Origin: Malacoraja senta
Lineage: Eukaryota
Reading direction: 5' to 3'
NCBI GenBank assembly: GCA_038087875.1
Contig: CM075991.1
Location: 1,116,001-1,180,000, forward strand
DNA length: 64,000 bases
The notes beneath the pieces were generated by a model, which was not told the origin of the DNA, searched no databases, and saw only the letters and a program-made list of their open reading frames with translations. Shown here piece by piece: positions 23,941-35,978 of the stretch. Position numbers and translations under genes: made by a program. Position 1 is the stretch's first letter, and every line of letters starts with the position of its first letter.

Positions 23941-25116
23941 ACGTCAGCACAAACATATGTGAGCTCACTTCCCTCTTTCACTCTATTTTGCAAACTTTAA
24001 TGTTACCAATTCTTTTAAGTCAGATTCTTACTGTGAATTCTGCATAAATAGGGTAAGCAAATTTATTGCAAAGGTCTACAACAATTCTTTTTTCCAAAAT
24101 CTTGCAAGCCTCCAGATTATAAATGTAAATTGTGCATTGGTTAATCTCACACATGTACACATGTGCATTCAAATATGTGCACATGGATGTTTAGTTATGC
24201 ATTAGTCATGTGTACACATTTCACCTCTTGGCAGACGTATGATATAAGACACAGCCACTCAAAGGTTAAAATGTGATCTAGAAGCTTGAATGATTTACAT
24301 ATAAAACTGCCTTGGGTATCAGAGAACAGGAGCAATAAGGTTAACTGACCTTTCCAATTTCCTCTATTCCTACAAAAGCTCTGTGCAACCAGGAAAGAAT
24401 TGTGAAATTACATCACTATTACATATTTGGAAGTCTGAAGAAAGCCCCCAAAGTGAAGCTTTGTCTGTCCATTCCGTCTTCAGATGCTGCCTGACCCACT
24501 GACTTTATACAGCACTTTGTATTTTGCTCAAGATTGCTCATCTGTAGTTCCTCAAGTCTCCATATTTGGCAGTTGTTGTTTTGGAATACAATTGAAGATG
24601 TTGAAGCATATGTATGACATGTTGTTTTGCAATTTGAGAGTTTTGAAGTTCATGTGTGACATTGTACCTCAGCGGATTCCATTACATCAGAGTAGTTCAG
24701 TAACATCCTAACCAAGGTCTAAAGGGCCTGTCCCACTTTCACGACCTTTTTTACTCGTGGACATTTTTCATCAGGCTAGAAAAACGCCCCGACCTACTTG
24801 ATGCCACAAGTACCTACGACTAGCATCACGACCTACCTACGACCTTGTGACGACCATGCTGCGAGTATGAGTCAAGGACAAACTCGGCAGAGGTTGTGAA
24901 TTAGCTCGTGAAAGTGGGACAGGACCTTAAGGGTTAACTCGTGGTACATGACAACACTTAATTTGGCCCACTGAAAGGAGGCACCCCTGAGGGTATTTAC
25001 AGAGGTTTAACAGCATGCATGTCTCAAAACACAATGTGCAGTAGAATAGGCTCTTCCTCACCAATCATTTGGTGTTGTGGTGCATGGAGATTACACGGGA
25101 AGTGCTTGATGACTAG
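23941..25116 (-). repeat. Inverted duplication, right arm (contains MITE copy 24723-24927)
   Basis: Reverse complement of 20220-21392 with scattered substitutions and small indels; MITE flanked by TAA/TAA. Confidence 0.97.
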
Positions 25117-25611
25117 GCTGGGGTTTGGGGGTATGATGGTGGTGTAGAGGTTTGGGGTGGATGTAGCAGGTTTGGACAGCCCTTATAGATGGTCAGTGAC
25201 TGGAGGAGGGATGTCAAATTAATAGGGAAGGGCATGTAAGGACAGCTGATCCTCAGAGACAGGAAGAGCAGATGAATGGGAAAGATTCGAAGGAGAAGCA
25301 AGGAAGTTGACGGTTGTTGAAGGGAATATGGCGAGTATGTGTTTACGGGGGGTTCACACAGGTGTTTACGGGGGGTTCTCGTAGGTGTTTAATGCTGGGA
25401 TATTTTGAGGACAACTGGAGGGTGGAAGGTGTTGTTGGGATAATGATGGAAAGTTACAGAGGTTACTGAACTGTACCTCAGCTCCCCTGGCTGTAGCCCA
25501 GGTGGTCTCAAGTCATAGAGTCATACAACAAAGAACCAGGTCCCACCTTGCCCATGCAGATCAAGGTGCCCCTTTTATGCTAGCCCCACCTGCCTACGCT
25601 TGGCCCACCTA

Positions 25612-25696
25612 TCCATCTGTTTTCTATCTATATCTATTCTATATTCTATCTATCTATATATCTTCTATCTATCTTCTATCTATATTCTATTCTATA
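25612..25696 (+). repeat. Degenerate (TCTA/TCTAT)n microsatellite
   Basis: tctatctatatctattctatattctatctatcta... directly upstream of the Helitron 5' end. Confidence 0.85.
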
Positions 25697-26584
25697 TCTA
25701 TACTATTACTAAAAATCCCATCTTGACCACTTCCATTCTGCTTTGTTTTTAAATTTGCACAAAAATGGTACCCACCCACACCCCCCCCCCACCCCACTCC
25801 CCTTGCACACCCACACGCACCCAGCGGTAGGCCACGGCAGCGGCAGGCCATGGTAGTGCTCCCCCCCACCGGCTGCTGCCTGAGGCCATCCCCCTCCCCC
25901 CCACCAGTCCTTGCCTGAAGCCGTCCCCCTGCCCTGGATGCCCGACAGACCACGCCTGAAGCTGTCCTCATCCCCCAGCTGCAGGAAGCACGCCCCCCCC
26001 CCACCGGCCCCGACAACCCCAGCCTGAAGCTGCCCCCCTGCTCTCACTGCAGGACCCTCCCCCACGGGCTCCCGACAATCCCCGCCTGAAGCCATCCCTC
26101 TCTCCCAGCTGCCGGATGCTCCCCCCTCCCCCACCGGCTCCGACAGCCCCCGCCTGAAGCCGTGCCACTCCCCTGGCTGTAGGACGCACCCCCCCTCACC
26201 GGCGCCCCACAGCCCCCGCCTGAAGCCGTGCCCCTCCCCCGGCTGCAGGACGCTTCCACCCCCCCCGACAGCCCACGCCTGAAGCCTTCCCTCTCCGCGG
26301 ATGTAGGACATTTGTAGGGTAGGGGAAAGGAGAGGGATAGGTGAGGGAGGGATTGGGGGAGGGGAGGAGAGGGGAAGGATGAGCGAGGGTGAAGAGGAGA
26401 GGGAGGGAGTGCTGGAGGATGAGGGGAAATGAGCCGCGCCTGCGCAGTTAGGGGCTATGGATGAGTGATGGAATATTGCGTTGGGGGAACGGGTGAGTGG
26501 TGGAATATTGCGTTGGGGAATGGGGTGCATTGGGGGACCAGGCCTCCCGTGTGACTGGGACCCAACGGGTCCCACTTAGTCTAG
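25697..26584 (+). mobile_element. Non-autonomous Helitron with internal GC-rich minisatellite
   Basis: 5' A|TCTATACTATTACTAAAA; 3' hairpin TGGGACCC-AAC-GGGTCCCA (26556-26574), 6 nt, then CTAG|T; no TSD; about 8 GCCTGAAG-anchored units at 25878-26285. Confidence 0.88.
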
Positions 26585-26825
26585 TATATTACTAAAATAA
26601 ATTAACTTGTTTGTGAGTCTGCCTGTCTGTGATTCAGAGATGCCCTGAACTACACCAAAATGGTACATGAGAGCGCTATAATTTTTGCGCCACCTTACTC
26701 ACAATTGTCTTGTGGTGTGTTTTTTATCAAGTTTGGTTCAGATTGATGTTATATTTTACAAGTTATTCACATTTTTACCTTTACAAAATCTCACTTTGAG
26801 AAATCTAACTTTATTACATGACTAG
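26585..26825 (+). mobile_element. Older Helitron-like 5' remnant hosting the 25697 element
   Basis: Reconstructed empty site TCTATA|TATATTACTAAAA is itself a Helitron-type 5' end; shares AAAATGGTAC with the inserted element; no 3' hairpin seen. Confidence 0.5.
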
Positions 26826-26939
26826 TATTGTCAGTGGGGTGATGGAGAAAGTAGCAGCTATGATCACCAAACTATTGGATTGTTATGAAAACCCATCTGG
26901 CTCACTACTGAACTTCAAGGAAAGAAGCTGTCATCTGTC

Positions 26940-27060
26940 AGTCTGAGAAGGGTCTCAAACCTGAAATGTCCTCAGTCCACTTCCCTCCACAGATGCTGCC
27001 TGACCCACTGAGTTTGCCTTTTGCTCAAGATTCCAACATCTGCAGTCTTTTTGTGTACCC
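26940..27060 (+). mobile_element. Solo pLTR fragment
   Basis: GTCTGAGAAGGGTCTCAAACCTGAAATGTC...AGATGCTGCCTGACCC. Confidence 0.65.
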
Positions 27061-27672
27061 ATACCTTGTGTGGCCTTGATGTGACTCTAGCTTCACCCAA
27101 CTCTGAAATGCTGTTCAGTAGAATACAAGAGTTAAAAGCAGGAGCTGGCCATTCAGTCTCTAATTTCTGTACTGTAACTCAGTAAAATAATGTCTGATTC
27201 TCTACTCCAAATACTGTTTTCCTACCATATGCCCCAGAATTCGAACATTGAAACACCATCCACCTCAGTTTTGAACGTAATGATGAATGACTGTGTCTCC
27301 ACCAACCTCTGGGTAAGAGAATCACAAATATATTCACTATGCTTTAAATTAAGAAATGGCTCTTCACTTCTGGTTTTGATACTGTATCTCCCTACCGCTG
27401 GAATCCTTTGCCTGTGAAAACATCCCTCCTGTACTTAGGCTCGTTCATGATTCACAGTGCTGTTTTCACCTTTTGGAAAAAGTTGGCATTACTTGTTCCT
27501 GCCTATGCTCTAAGTGTTTTGTGTATTTCCACCCCCAGATCCCTCTGATCATCTTCTCTACTGAGACATTTTTCAAGAATTGTGTAGTCCCCTTATTCTT
27601 TTAACCAAAACAAACCATCTCACGCTTTTCACCGTTTATGCTCTTTACCTGCTCATTCTACATTTTAAAAAG

Positions 27673-27969
27673 TTTTTAGAGATACAGCGCGAAACAGACC
27701 GAGTCTGCACCGACCAGCGATCCCCGCACATTAACACTATCCTGCACACACTAGGAACAATTTACACATACACTAAGCCAATTAACCTACTTACCTGTAC
27801 GTCTTTTAGTGTGAGAGGAAACCGAAGATCTCAGAGAAAACCCACTCGGTCATGGGGTGAACATACAAACTCCGTACAGATAAGCACCCATAGTCGGAAT
27901 CAGACCCGTGTCTCCAGCGCTGCAAGGGCTGTAAGGCAGCAACTCTACTGCTGCACCACCGTGCCGCCC
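27673..27969 (-). mobile_element. HE1-like V-SINE
   Basis: Reverse complement starts GGGCGGCACGGTGGTGCAGCAGTAGAGTTGCTGCC and ends CTGTATCTCTAAA. Confidence 0.85.
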
Positions 27970-29237
27970 ACTATCTATCTATGTGCTCCTATGGCACAAC
28001 TCTGAATTTAGCGTCTCTTGCAAATTTTTTTATTTTACTTCCAAATCCAGAGTTCAAAGCATTTGCATAGAACAGAATTTCTCATCTTTTTGCCAAACTT
28101 TGTATTTCCTATTTGTCCCTGTGTTCCGTATCATTCTGGCCCCGATCAGAGGTACGCTCAAAATGTTTTTCAGAAATCTAAATAGATTTAGATTTAGATC
28201 TAAATCTACAGCGTGACTCTAAGCTATCCTAGCAATTACTTCTACAAAGAATTATGTACTTTTCAATGAGATCATCTCTTAATCTAGTAAACCAGACAAA
28301 AGACTTAGCCTACTCAATTCCTTCTCACATAATGGACCCACTATTCTAGGAACAAGACTGATTAATCTTCACAGCACTCCATTTAATGCTAATATATGTG
28401 TTTTTGGATGGAGAGACTGAAGTGCATAATTCTGTAGGTATAGTGTTACAAAGGCCCTATATTATTGTACATCACCCCTGTGACTGTGTTTTTATAATTG
28501 CAATTATGTTACAATCATTTATGACGTGCAATTAATTGTTCCACATTGTCATGGATGCAGTGAATACTTAGACATACTGTAGGTGACTTTTGATCTCATT
28601 GCTGCTTGCCTTTCATTGAGCTGCCTTTTCATCTTGCTTTGTACATTTGAAAAACTTCTACTTCCAGATGTTTCTCTACGCCCCATTCAGATTCCCATAA
28701 GCAAATGCCCCATCTAAGTCCCAATTCTGTTAAGAGTAACCTATTTGACGTCCCCAGTTCCCCAGAAATGATGCCTACATCTCACAAATCTAAAGCCCTC
28801 CTTCCTGTGCCATCCCTTCAGCTACCCATTCATTTGCTCTATTCCCCCATAGCAGTTGGCACTGGGACTCATCCTGAGATTACAATCTTTATGAGGTCCT
28901 GCTTTCTGAACTGCCTAAATTCTGTTTCTGGGACCGCATACTTCCTTCCATCTATTGTGTTGGTTACAATGCGGACAACCTTTGTTTCCTCTCTACTGTA
29001 CCACCAGCACTTCATTGAACCAGAAAATTAGTTCAATTGTGCGATCAAGCTAAGTACCAAATTCAGAGACAGGAAAGGTGCCCCTATTCCAATCAAACTT
29101 GCAAAGTCTTCCTCACAAACTTCTGTGGAATGGTGTATTGACACTAGTCAAGCTCCAGCCTGACAGAGTCATATTCACAGAATCACAATTTAGATTCCAG
29201 ATAGTGTCAAGATGCCAGACTGCTCCATCACAATCCG

Positions 29238-29446
29238 GAATGTGTTCTCTGCCACAGAAGGTAGTTGAGGCCAGTTCATTGGTTATATTTAAGAGGGAGT
29301 TAGATGTGGCCCTTGTGGCTAAAGGGATCAGGGGGTATGGAGAGAAGGCAGGTACAGGATACTGAGTTGGATGATCACCCATGATCATATTGAATGGCGG
29401 TGCAGGCTCGAAGGGCCGAATGGCCTACTCCTATGTTTCTATGTGT
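29238..29446 (+). mobile_element. CR1 3' end fragment
   Basis: SLPQKVVEASSLVIFKRELD; UTR ending CCTATGTTTCTATG. Confidence 0.85.
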
Positions 29447-29780
29447 TCTACTCGGGATGGCTGCAGAGTGTGGGTTGGAGGGAGTGAAAAGCCTTTGAAG
29501 TCTTAACACTGACTTTTGACTCCATGATGTCGTGTGGCATCAGGACAGACATGGGCGATGTAACCTTTTTCAGATTGTCAGATCCTCAGCTGATGAGCAA
29601 TATTTGAAAGTAACATTGAAAGCAGCGATGCCACAGGTGCACTCTTGAGTGGAAGAGTTCAAAGTCTATCATCAAAAGAACAAATGTGTTATCTTTTGAA
29701 CAACATAGCTGCTAAGCTAGATCTTTCCATCGTTAGGAATGTGAATAAACACTCTCTAATGTGAATAAACACTCTCTAAT

Positions 29781-31179
29781 AGTACAATCCGTATTTGGAA
29801 ACAAATAAAACAAAATTTAAAATTAAGAAATGTATCACTTTTATTACCTATAGTCAATAACCCTTCGTTTAGTCCTTCTATTATAGATAAAGCTTATACA
29901 CAATGGGATAGACTAGGAATTAAAACGCTTGGTGACTTGTATGAAACTGGAAAATTACTTTTATTTCAACAATTACAAATAAAATATAAACTCGGAAATA
30001 ATCAATATTTTAAATATTTTCAAATATGCGACTATTTGAAAAAATATACAAAAGATCATTATAATAACCCAGTAGATGTATTGGACGAGGCAATGCAGAT
30101 AAAAGCGGAATCAGCAAACTTAATATCATATTTGTATAATATTATTTTAAATGTACAAATACCACCTACGGAGGGTATCAGAAGAGACTGGGAACAAGAG
30201 TTAGCTATTAAAATTTCAAAGGAAAGTTGGAATGAATACTTATTAAACGTGCATAAATGCTCGATTAATGTAAGACACACTTTAATACAATTTAAAATTT
30301 TACATAGATTATATTATTCGAAAACTAAAATTCATAAAATTTTCCCAAACGTATCATCTATTTGTGATAAATGTCAATCCCAAGAAGCTACTATAGCGCA
30401 CTCATTCGTCTTCTGTACAAAAATTCAAAAATTTTGGAATGAAATTTTTGAAATCTTTACAAAGTTATTTAAAACAAGACTGATACCCAAAGCAGAATGG
30501 ATTATCTTCGGAATAACGGAAGATGATCCAGAACTAAATGTGTTTCAAAAGAAATTAATGGACTATGGGTTAATAACTGGAAAAAAGCTAATTCTAAAAT
30601 TTTGGAAGAAGGCTCCAATACCAACTATAAATATGTGGATTTCAAATATGTTTGAAACACTACACCTAGAAGAGATAAGACTCCTCCTAACAGGTAAACC
30701 AGATCACTTCCACCTGACGTGGTCTGCATTTATAGAATTATTACAAACATAGGGTGCAAAAGTACTTTAAAAAAAATAAAAAATTGAGGTCGGGTAAGGG
30801 GGGGATGATAGTTGAAGAGTTGGTATGTCCTATTTACGTAATGCTCAAAAAAATATATTTTTTTCTTTTTTTTTCCCTCTCTCTTTTTCTCTTTTTTTTC
30901 CTAGGGCCTATTTCTTAACTCTTTTTCTTTTGTTTTTAATTTCGCTCTTATAGGGTCTTCGTCCTTTTTTGTTGTTACATTTTCTACACTTTTCTACACT
31001 TTCACTTTTTCCTTCACTTTCTTCTCTCTTTCAATCTTTTCCTTTTCTAGTGTAAAAAAAAATTAATAATAAAGGGAGTACATTAATTGTAAGAAGATAC
31101 AAATGACGAGTATTAATGTATGTGGTTGTAATGTAATGTACTTCTAATAAATAAAAATTAAAAAAAAAAAAAAAAAAAA
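29781..31179 (+). mobile_element. L1/Tx1-clade LINE piece 1 (ORF2 C-terminus, 3' UTR, poly-A)
   Basis: ORF 29937-30752 with CCHC zinc finger CDKCQSQEATIAHSFVFC; T-rich UTR; AATAAA then A20 at 31160-31179. Confidence 0.93.
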
Positions 31180-31378
31180 GAACAAATGTGTTATCTTTTG
31201 AACAACATAGCTGCTAAGCTAGATCTTTCCATCATTAGGAATGTGAATAAACACTCTCTAATTGATAGGATCTAGCCCTGTTTACTTGGTTTTCCCTCAA
31301 TACCCCAATAAATGGTTTCACCACCAGCACACCATCATTGAAGTTTAATTTAGTTTATTTTAGAGATACAGCGGAGAA

Positions 31379-33635
31379 TTTGTATACATCTAAAACGATA
31401 ATTGATTCCGATAATATCACAAAGTTTTTGGATACCTGTAATCTTCCAAAGTTAGAGCTGAAGGAACAAGAGGAACTGGGTGCACAAATCTCAATTAAGG
31501 AATTAGAAGATACAATAAACTCATTAAAGAATGGAAAAACACCAGGCCCTGATGGATTTACTAATGAATTTTATAAAAGCTTTTATGATAAACTAATACC
31601 AAGATTACAAAAAATGTACCAATACGCTTTTAAAAAACGAATACTACCTGATACATTAGCGGAATCAACGATTACATTAATACCTAAGAAAAATAAAGAT
31701 TTAGAAGAACCTGGTTCATATAGAGCTATAGCATTGTTAAACACAGATCAAAAAATATTAGCGAAAACATTAGCTAGAAGATTAAGTAAATACATTAGTA
31801 AATTAATAAACCCAGATCAGACAGGGTTTATCCCTAAGAGATACTCTTCTAATAATATGAGACGTCTACTCAACATAATGCACTCACACAAATCTGAAGA
31901 TCAAGAATTATCAATTATTTTGCTGGATGCTGAAAAAGCATTTGATCAAGTAGAATGGAATTATATGGATAAAGTATTACAAAAATTTCAACTGGGAGAG
32001 AATTTTATTTTATGGATTAAGTTACTATATAACAAACCTACAGCTAGAATACTAACTAATAACATATTATCCTCGAAATTTCAACTATCAAGGGGAAATA
32101 GACAAGGATGCTCATTATCACCACAGCTGTTTGCTCTCATTATTGAACCGCTAGCAGAAAAAATTAGAATACACCCTGATATTCATGGATATAATACTAA
32201 AGACTCATATAATAAAATATCTTTATACGCGGATGATATATTACTGTATATAACAAAACCTCAAATCACTATACCTAATATATTAAATTTAATTGAAGAC
32301 TTTGGATCTTTTTCTGGATATAGAATAAATTGGAATAAAAGTGAAATTATGTCAATAAAACCGAAAGATTCAACACATCTTTTAAAATTCCCTTTTAAAA
32401 TAGCTACAGAAAAATTTAAATATTTGGGAGTCAAAATTACCAGAACATATCAAGGTATGTTCAGGGCAAATTTTGACCCCCTACTTAATAAATTAAATAC
32501 ACTAATTAAATTCTGGAAAACGCTCCCGATGTCTTTAATAGGCCGAATAAACGCAATAAAAATGATCTTTTTACCACAAATCTTATACCTATTTCAATCA
32601 ATTCCTATATACTTACCTAAGAAGTTTAAAAAAAAACTCGACTCAGATATCACTAATTTTATATGGGACTATAAATCACATAGAATACAAAAAACTCATC
32701 TGAATAAACCTAAAGTATTGGGGGGTTTAGCACTACCTAATTTTATGTATTATTATTGGTCAGTAAATATTAAAAACATGATTCAACTGATGGATAACTC
32801 CGCCCAGCAAGTAGACTGGATTGTAATGGAGAAAGAGGATTGCTCCTCTAGAAACATTGGAGCGATCCTCCTCTCTCCAATGAAACTGAATAACATAAAT
32901 TATAATAAGAACCCAATTATTCATAGTACAATCCGTATTTGGAAACAAATAAAACAAAATTTAAAATTAAGAAATTTATCACTTTTATTACCTATAGTCA
33001 ATAACCCTTCGTTTAGTCCTTCTATTATAGATAAAGCTTATACACAATGGGATAGACTAGGAATTAAAACGCTTGGTGACTTGTATGAAACTGGAAAATT
33101 ACTTTCATTTCAACAATTACAAATAAAATATAAACTCGGAAATAATCAATATTTTAAATATTTTCAAATATGCGACTATTTGAAAAAATATACAAAAGAT
33201 CATTATAATAACCCAGTAGATGTATTGGACGAGGCAATGCAGATAAAAGCGGAATCAGCAAACTTAATATCATATTTGTATAATATTATTTTAAATGTAC
33301 AAATACCACCTACGGAGGGTATCAGAAGAGACTGGGAACAAGAGTTAGCTATTAAAATTTCAAAGGAAAGTTGGAATGAATACTTATTAAACGTGCATAA
33401 ATGCTCAATTAATGTAAGACACACTTTAATACAATTTAAAATTTTACATAGATTATATTATTCGAAAACTAAAATTCATAAAATTTTCCCAAACGTATCA
33501 TCTATTTGTGATAAATGTCAATCCCAAGAAGCTACTATAGCGCACTCATTCGTCTTCTGTACAAAAATTCAAAAATTTTGGAATGAAATTTTTGAAATCT
33601 TTACAAAGTTATTTAAAACAAGACTGATACCCAAA
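31379..33635 (+). mobile_element. L1/Tx1-clade LINE piece 2 (uninterrupted RT; lacks both ends)
   Basis: About 750 stop-free codons: KTPGPDGF, SYRAIALLN, LDAEKAFD, RGNRQGCSLSP, LYADD, FKYLG, CCHC; near-identical to piece 1 where they overlap; ends at internal CCCAAA. Confidence 0.95.
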
Positions 33636-33801
33636 AAAGAACAAATGTGTTATCTTTTGAACAACATAGCTGCTAAGCTAGATCTTTCCATCTTTAGGAA
33701 TGTGAATAAACACTCTCTAATTGATAGGATCTAGCCCTGTTTACTTGGTTTTCCCTCAATACCCCTATAAATGGTTTCACCACCAGCACACCATCATTGA
33801 A

Positions 33802-34100
33802 GTTTAATTTAGTTTATTTTAGAGATACAGCGGAGAAACAGGCACTTCGGCCCACCAAGTCCCTGCCGACCTGCGATCCACACACATTAACACTATCCTA
33901 CACTCACTGGGGACAATTTACAATTTTACCAAAGCTAATTAACCGACAAATCTGTATATTATTTGGAGTATGGGAGGAAACCGAAGCACCTGGAGAAAAC
34001 CCACGCAAGTCACGGGGAGAACATCAAAACTCGGTACGGACAACACCCGTAGTCAGGATCAAATCTGGGTCTCTGGCACCGTAAGGCAATAACTCTACCA
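33802..34100 (-). mobile_element. HE1-like V-SINE
   Basis: Same family as 17187; its tail is partly copied into 31340-31378. Confidence 0.85.
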
Positions 34101-34186
34101 TCTGCAGTGTGGGTCATCCACAAAATGCATTAGAGTAGCTAGTCTATGCCAAAGATCCTACAGGATCTTTGGTCTATAATAATAAT

Positions 34187-35150
34187 AATAATAGATTTTA
34201 TTTATGGGCGCCTATACAAAAGTCTCAAGGACACCTTACAAAATTTAACAAAGAAACATATAATCAGAGTAAAATAAGTTATAAAGACATCATCAATACA
34301 CAAATTAAAGACAGAAATTCGATCCAAAAAAGACAACAACAAAATTCAGAAACACAATGTGAAGAGAGAGCAGCGGCAGCCAAACCGCGCCAGCGTCCAC
34401 TCTCCCTTCCAACCGCCATCTTGGACATAGACTAACATAGACACTACACACTACACACAAAATCATCCCCCCACAATGGTTACCACTGTGGGGGAAGGTA
34501 CAATGTCCAGTCACCGACCCCAGTTCTCCCCAAAGTCAGGCCTATTGAGGCCTCCACAGTTACCTCTACGGAGGCCCGATGTTCCTGGCCGTTCTCGCCG
34601 GGTGCAGTTGCCCCGGCATCGGAAGAGTCCTCGCAGCGGCTGGGACGGCCGATTTCCTACCGGAATCCGTGGCACCTGAAGCCGACAAGGCCGTGCCGAT
34701 TTGGAGCTCCGAGGCTCCTGATGTTAGAGTCGGCGCCGCCGCCCGCGGCTGGCCGCTCCACAGACCCGCAGCCTGGAGGTGTTGAGCTCGGCGGTCACAG
34801 CTCACCGCCCCGTCGACCCAGGCAAGGCAAGGCATCGGCCGCTCCGCTCCGCGATAGCGCTCCAGCGCTGTGCCGCCACCGAAGCTGAAGGTGCTGGGCA
34901 GTCCCCGCCAGGAAACGCCGCTCCAGGCCCGATGGTAGGCCGCAGGGACGGGTCGACGGGGCAGCCCGGAGAAAAAGCTGCCTCATCGACCAGGTAGGGA
35001 CCTAGAAAGTAGTTTCCCCCTTACCCCCCCACATGAAAAGTCAAAATTCCCCAACAGACATAGACTAAGAAAACTAAAAACTAAGAAAAAAAAGTGAATT
35101 TAACGGACGGCTGCTGGTTAGCAGCCGTTCCCCAAGATAGCTCCTCCTCA
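34187..35150 (-). mobile_element. Non-autonomous GC-rich retroposon with L2-like (ATT)n tail (family unassigned)
   Basis: Minus strand ends GTAAGGTGTCCTTGAG...GGCGCCCATAAATAAAATC(TAT)n; internal CAAGATGGCG; CpG-rich core. Confidence 0.55.
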
Positions 35151-35978
35151 GATGCGACCCAAACATCTCTCAAACCTAAAGAAAATCTACCACAAAGAAG
35201 GATGAGTTCATGGGCACATAGCCACCTGTAGGTTCCCATCAATGACTAGTTAATAAATCAGCATTTATTTATGGCCACTGGATCTAAATCCCGGAGCTCC
35301 CAACAGCATTGTTGAGTCCTTCACCGGACAGACTCCAACTACTTGAGGACAATAAATGCTAGTCTGAGTCACAAAAATAATTTAAAATATATATATATTA
35401 ATTTCAGCGTAAAACTCAATGTTCTAGTAAATGTTCTCAAAATCTGATAATTCAGCATCACATATGTGAAATCAATATCATTTCCGAACACTCACCCCTT
35501 CCAGTTTTAGCGTTCTTTGGCATCATCATTTACCAGCAGCAAAATATACTGCGGCACCTCCCAAACTTGTGATCTTTATCACCAAAAAGGACAAGTCAGC
35601 AAGTGTATAAATCACCATTTCCTGAAGTTCTGTTCCAACACACCCATAATTCTGACGGAAATAATTCAATACACCATCATGACTGGATCTAAATTCTTAA
35701 CACCCTCCTCATTGCTGGGTGGCACCTCAGATGAAAGCCCACAGCTGTTCAAGCCAGCGGCTATTCTCAAAGCCATTTTCTAAAGCCAATTAGGGATGGG
35801 CATGAAACGTTGTTAAAGAGATAAGACAATCTGTAGAGGCAGTCACAACACTCACATCACATGAACGCCAAGGTCAGAACTGTGTCCATTACTTGGTGAA
35901 AAGCCTCTGCAGAAACATGGACTTTTGCAGCTCCCCGTCTGGACTGACTTTCTTCTTTAATTTGATCACAATCTTCTG

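Larger units (their letters stand above)
29674..33837 (+). repeat. Triplicated L1 target sequence (29674-29760, 31176-31378, 33635-33837)
   Basis: All three begin AAAAGAACAAATGTGTTATCTTTTGAAC; copy 1 is 87 bp plus a 20-bp tandem repeat; copies 2 and 3 are 203 bp. Confidence 0.95.

Noticed and set aside
20220..25116. Single DNA transposon with 1.2 kb TIRs
   Set aside because: The arms are ordinary genomic mosaic (MITE, pLTR relic, unique DNA), there is no transposase, and the inner junction coincides with a LINE end.
25117..25500. G-rich strand-biased segment with short GTGTTTACGGGGGGTTC repeats
   Set aside because: No ORF, termini or second copy in the window; cannot be assigned.
25878..26285. 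Regularly spaced GCCTGAAG repeats as a CRISPR-like array
   Set aside because: The intervening sequences are related to one another, the context is eukaryotic and there are no cas genes.
25709..26575. 288-aa Gly/Pro-rich ORF and overlapping ORFs
   Set aside because: They arise from the stop-poor GC-rich minisatellite inside the Helitron; no domain motifs.
28051..28151. Plus-strand AG...GT bounded open stretch
   Set aside because: Translations are not convincingly protein-like and there is no partner exon.
28174..28208. AT-rich palindrome TAGATTTAGATCTAAATCTA; short tandem duplications near 3722, 13947 and 23220
   Set aside because: Short low-complexity or slippage products with no further support.
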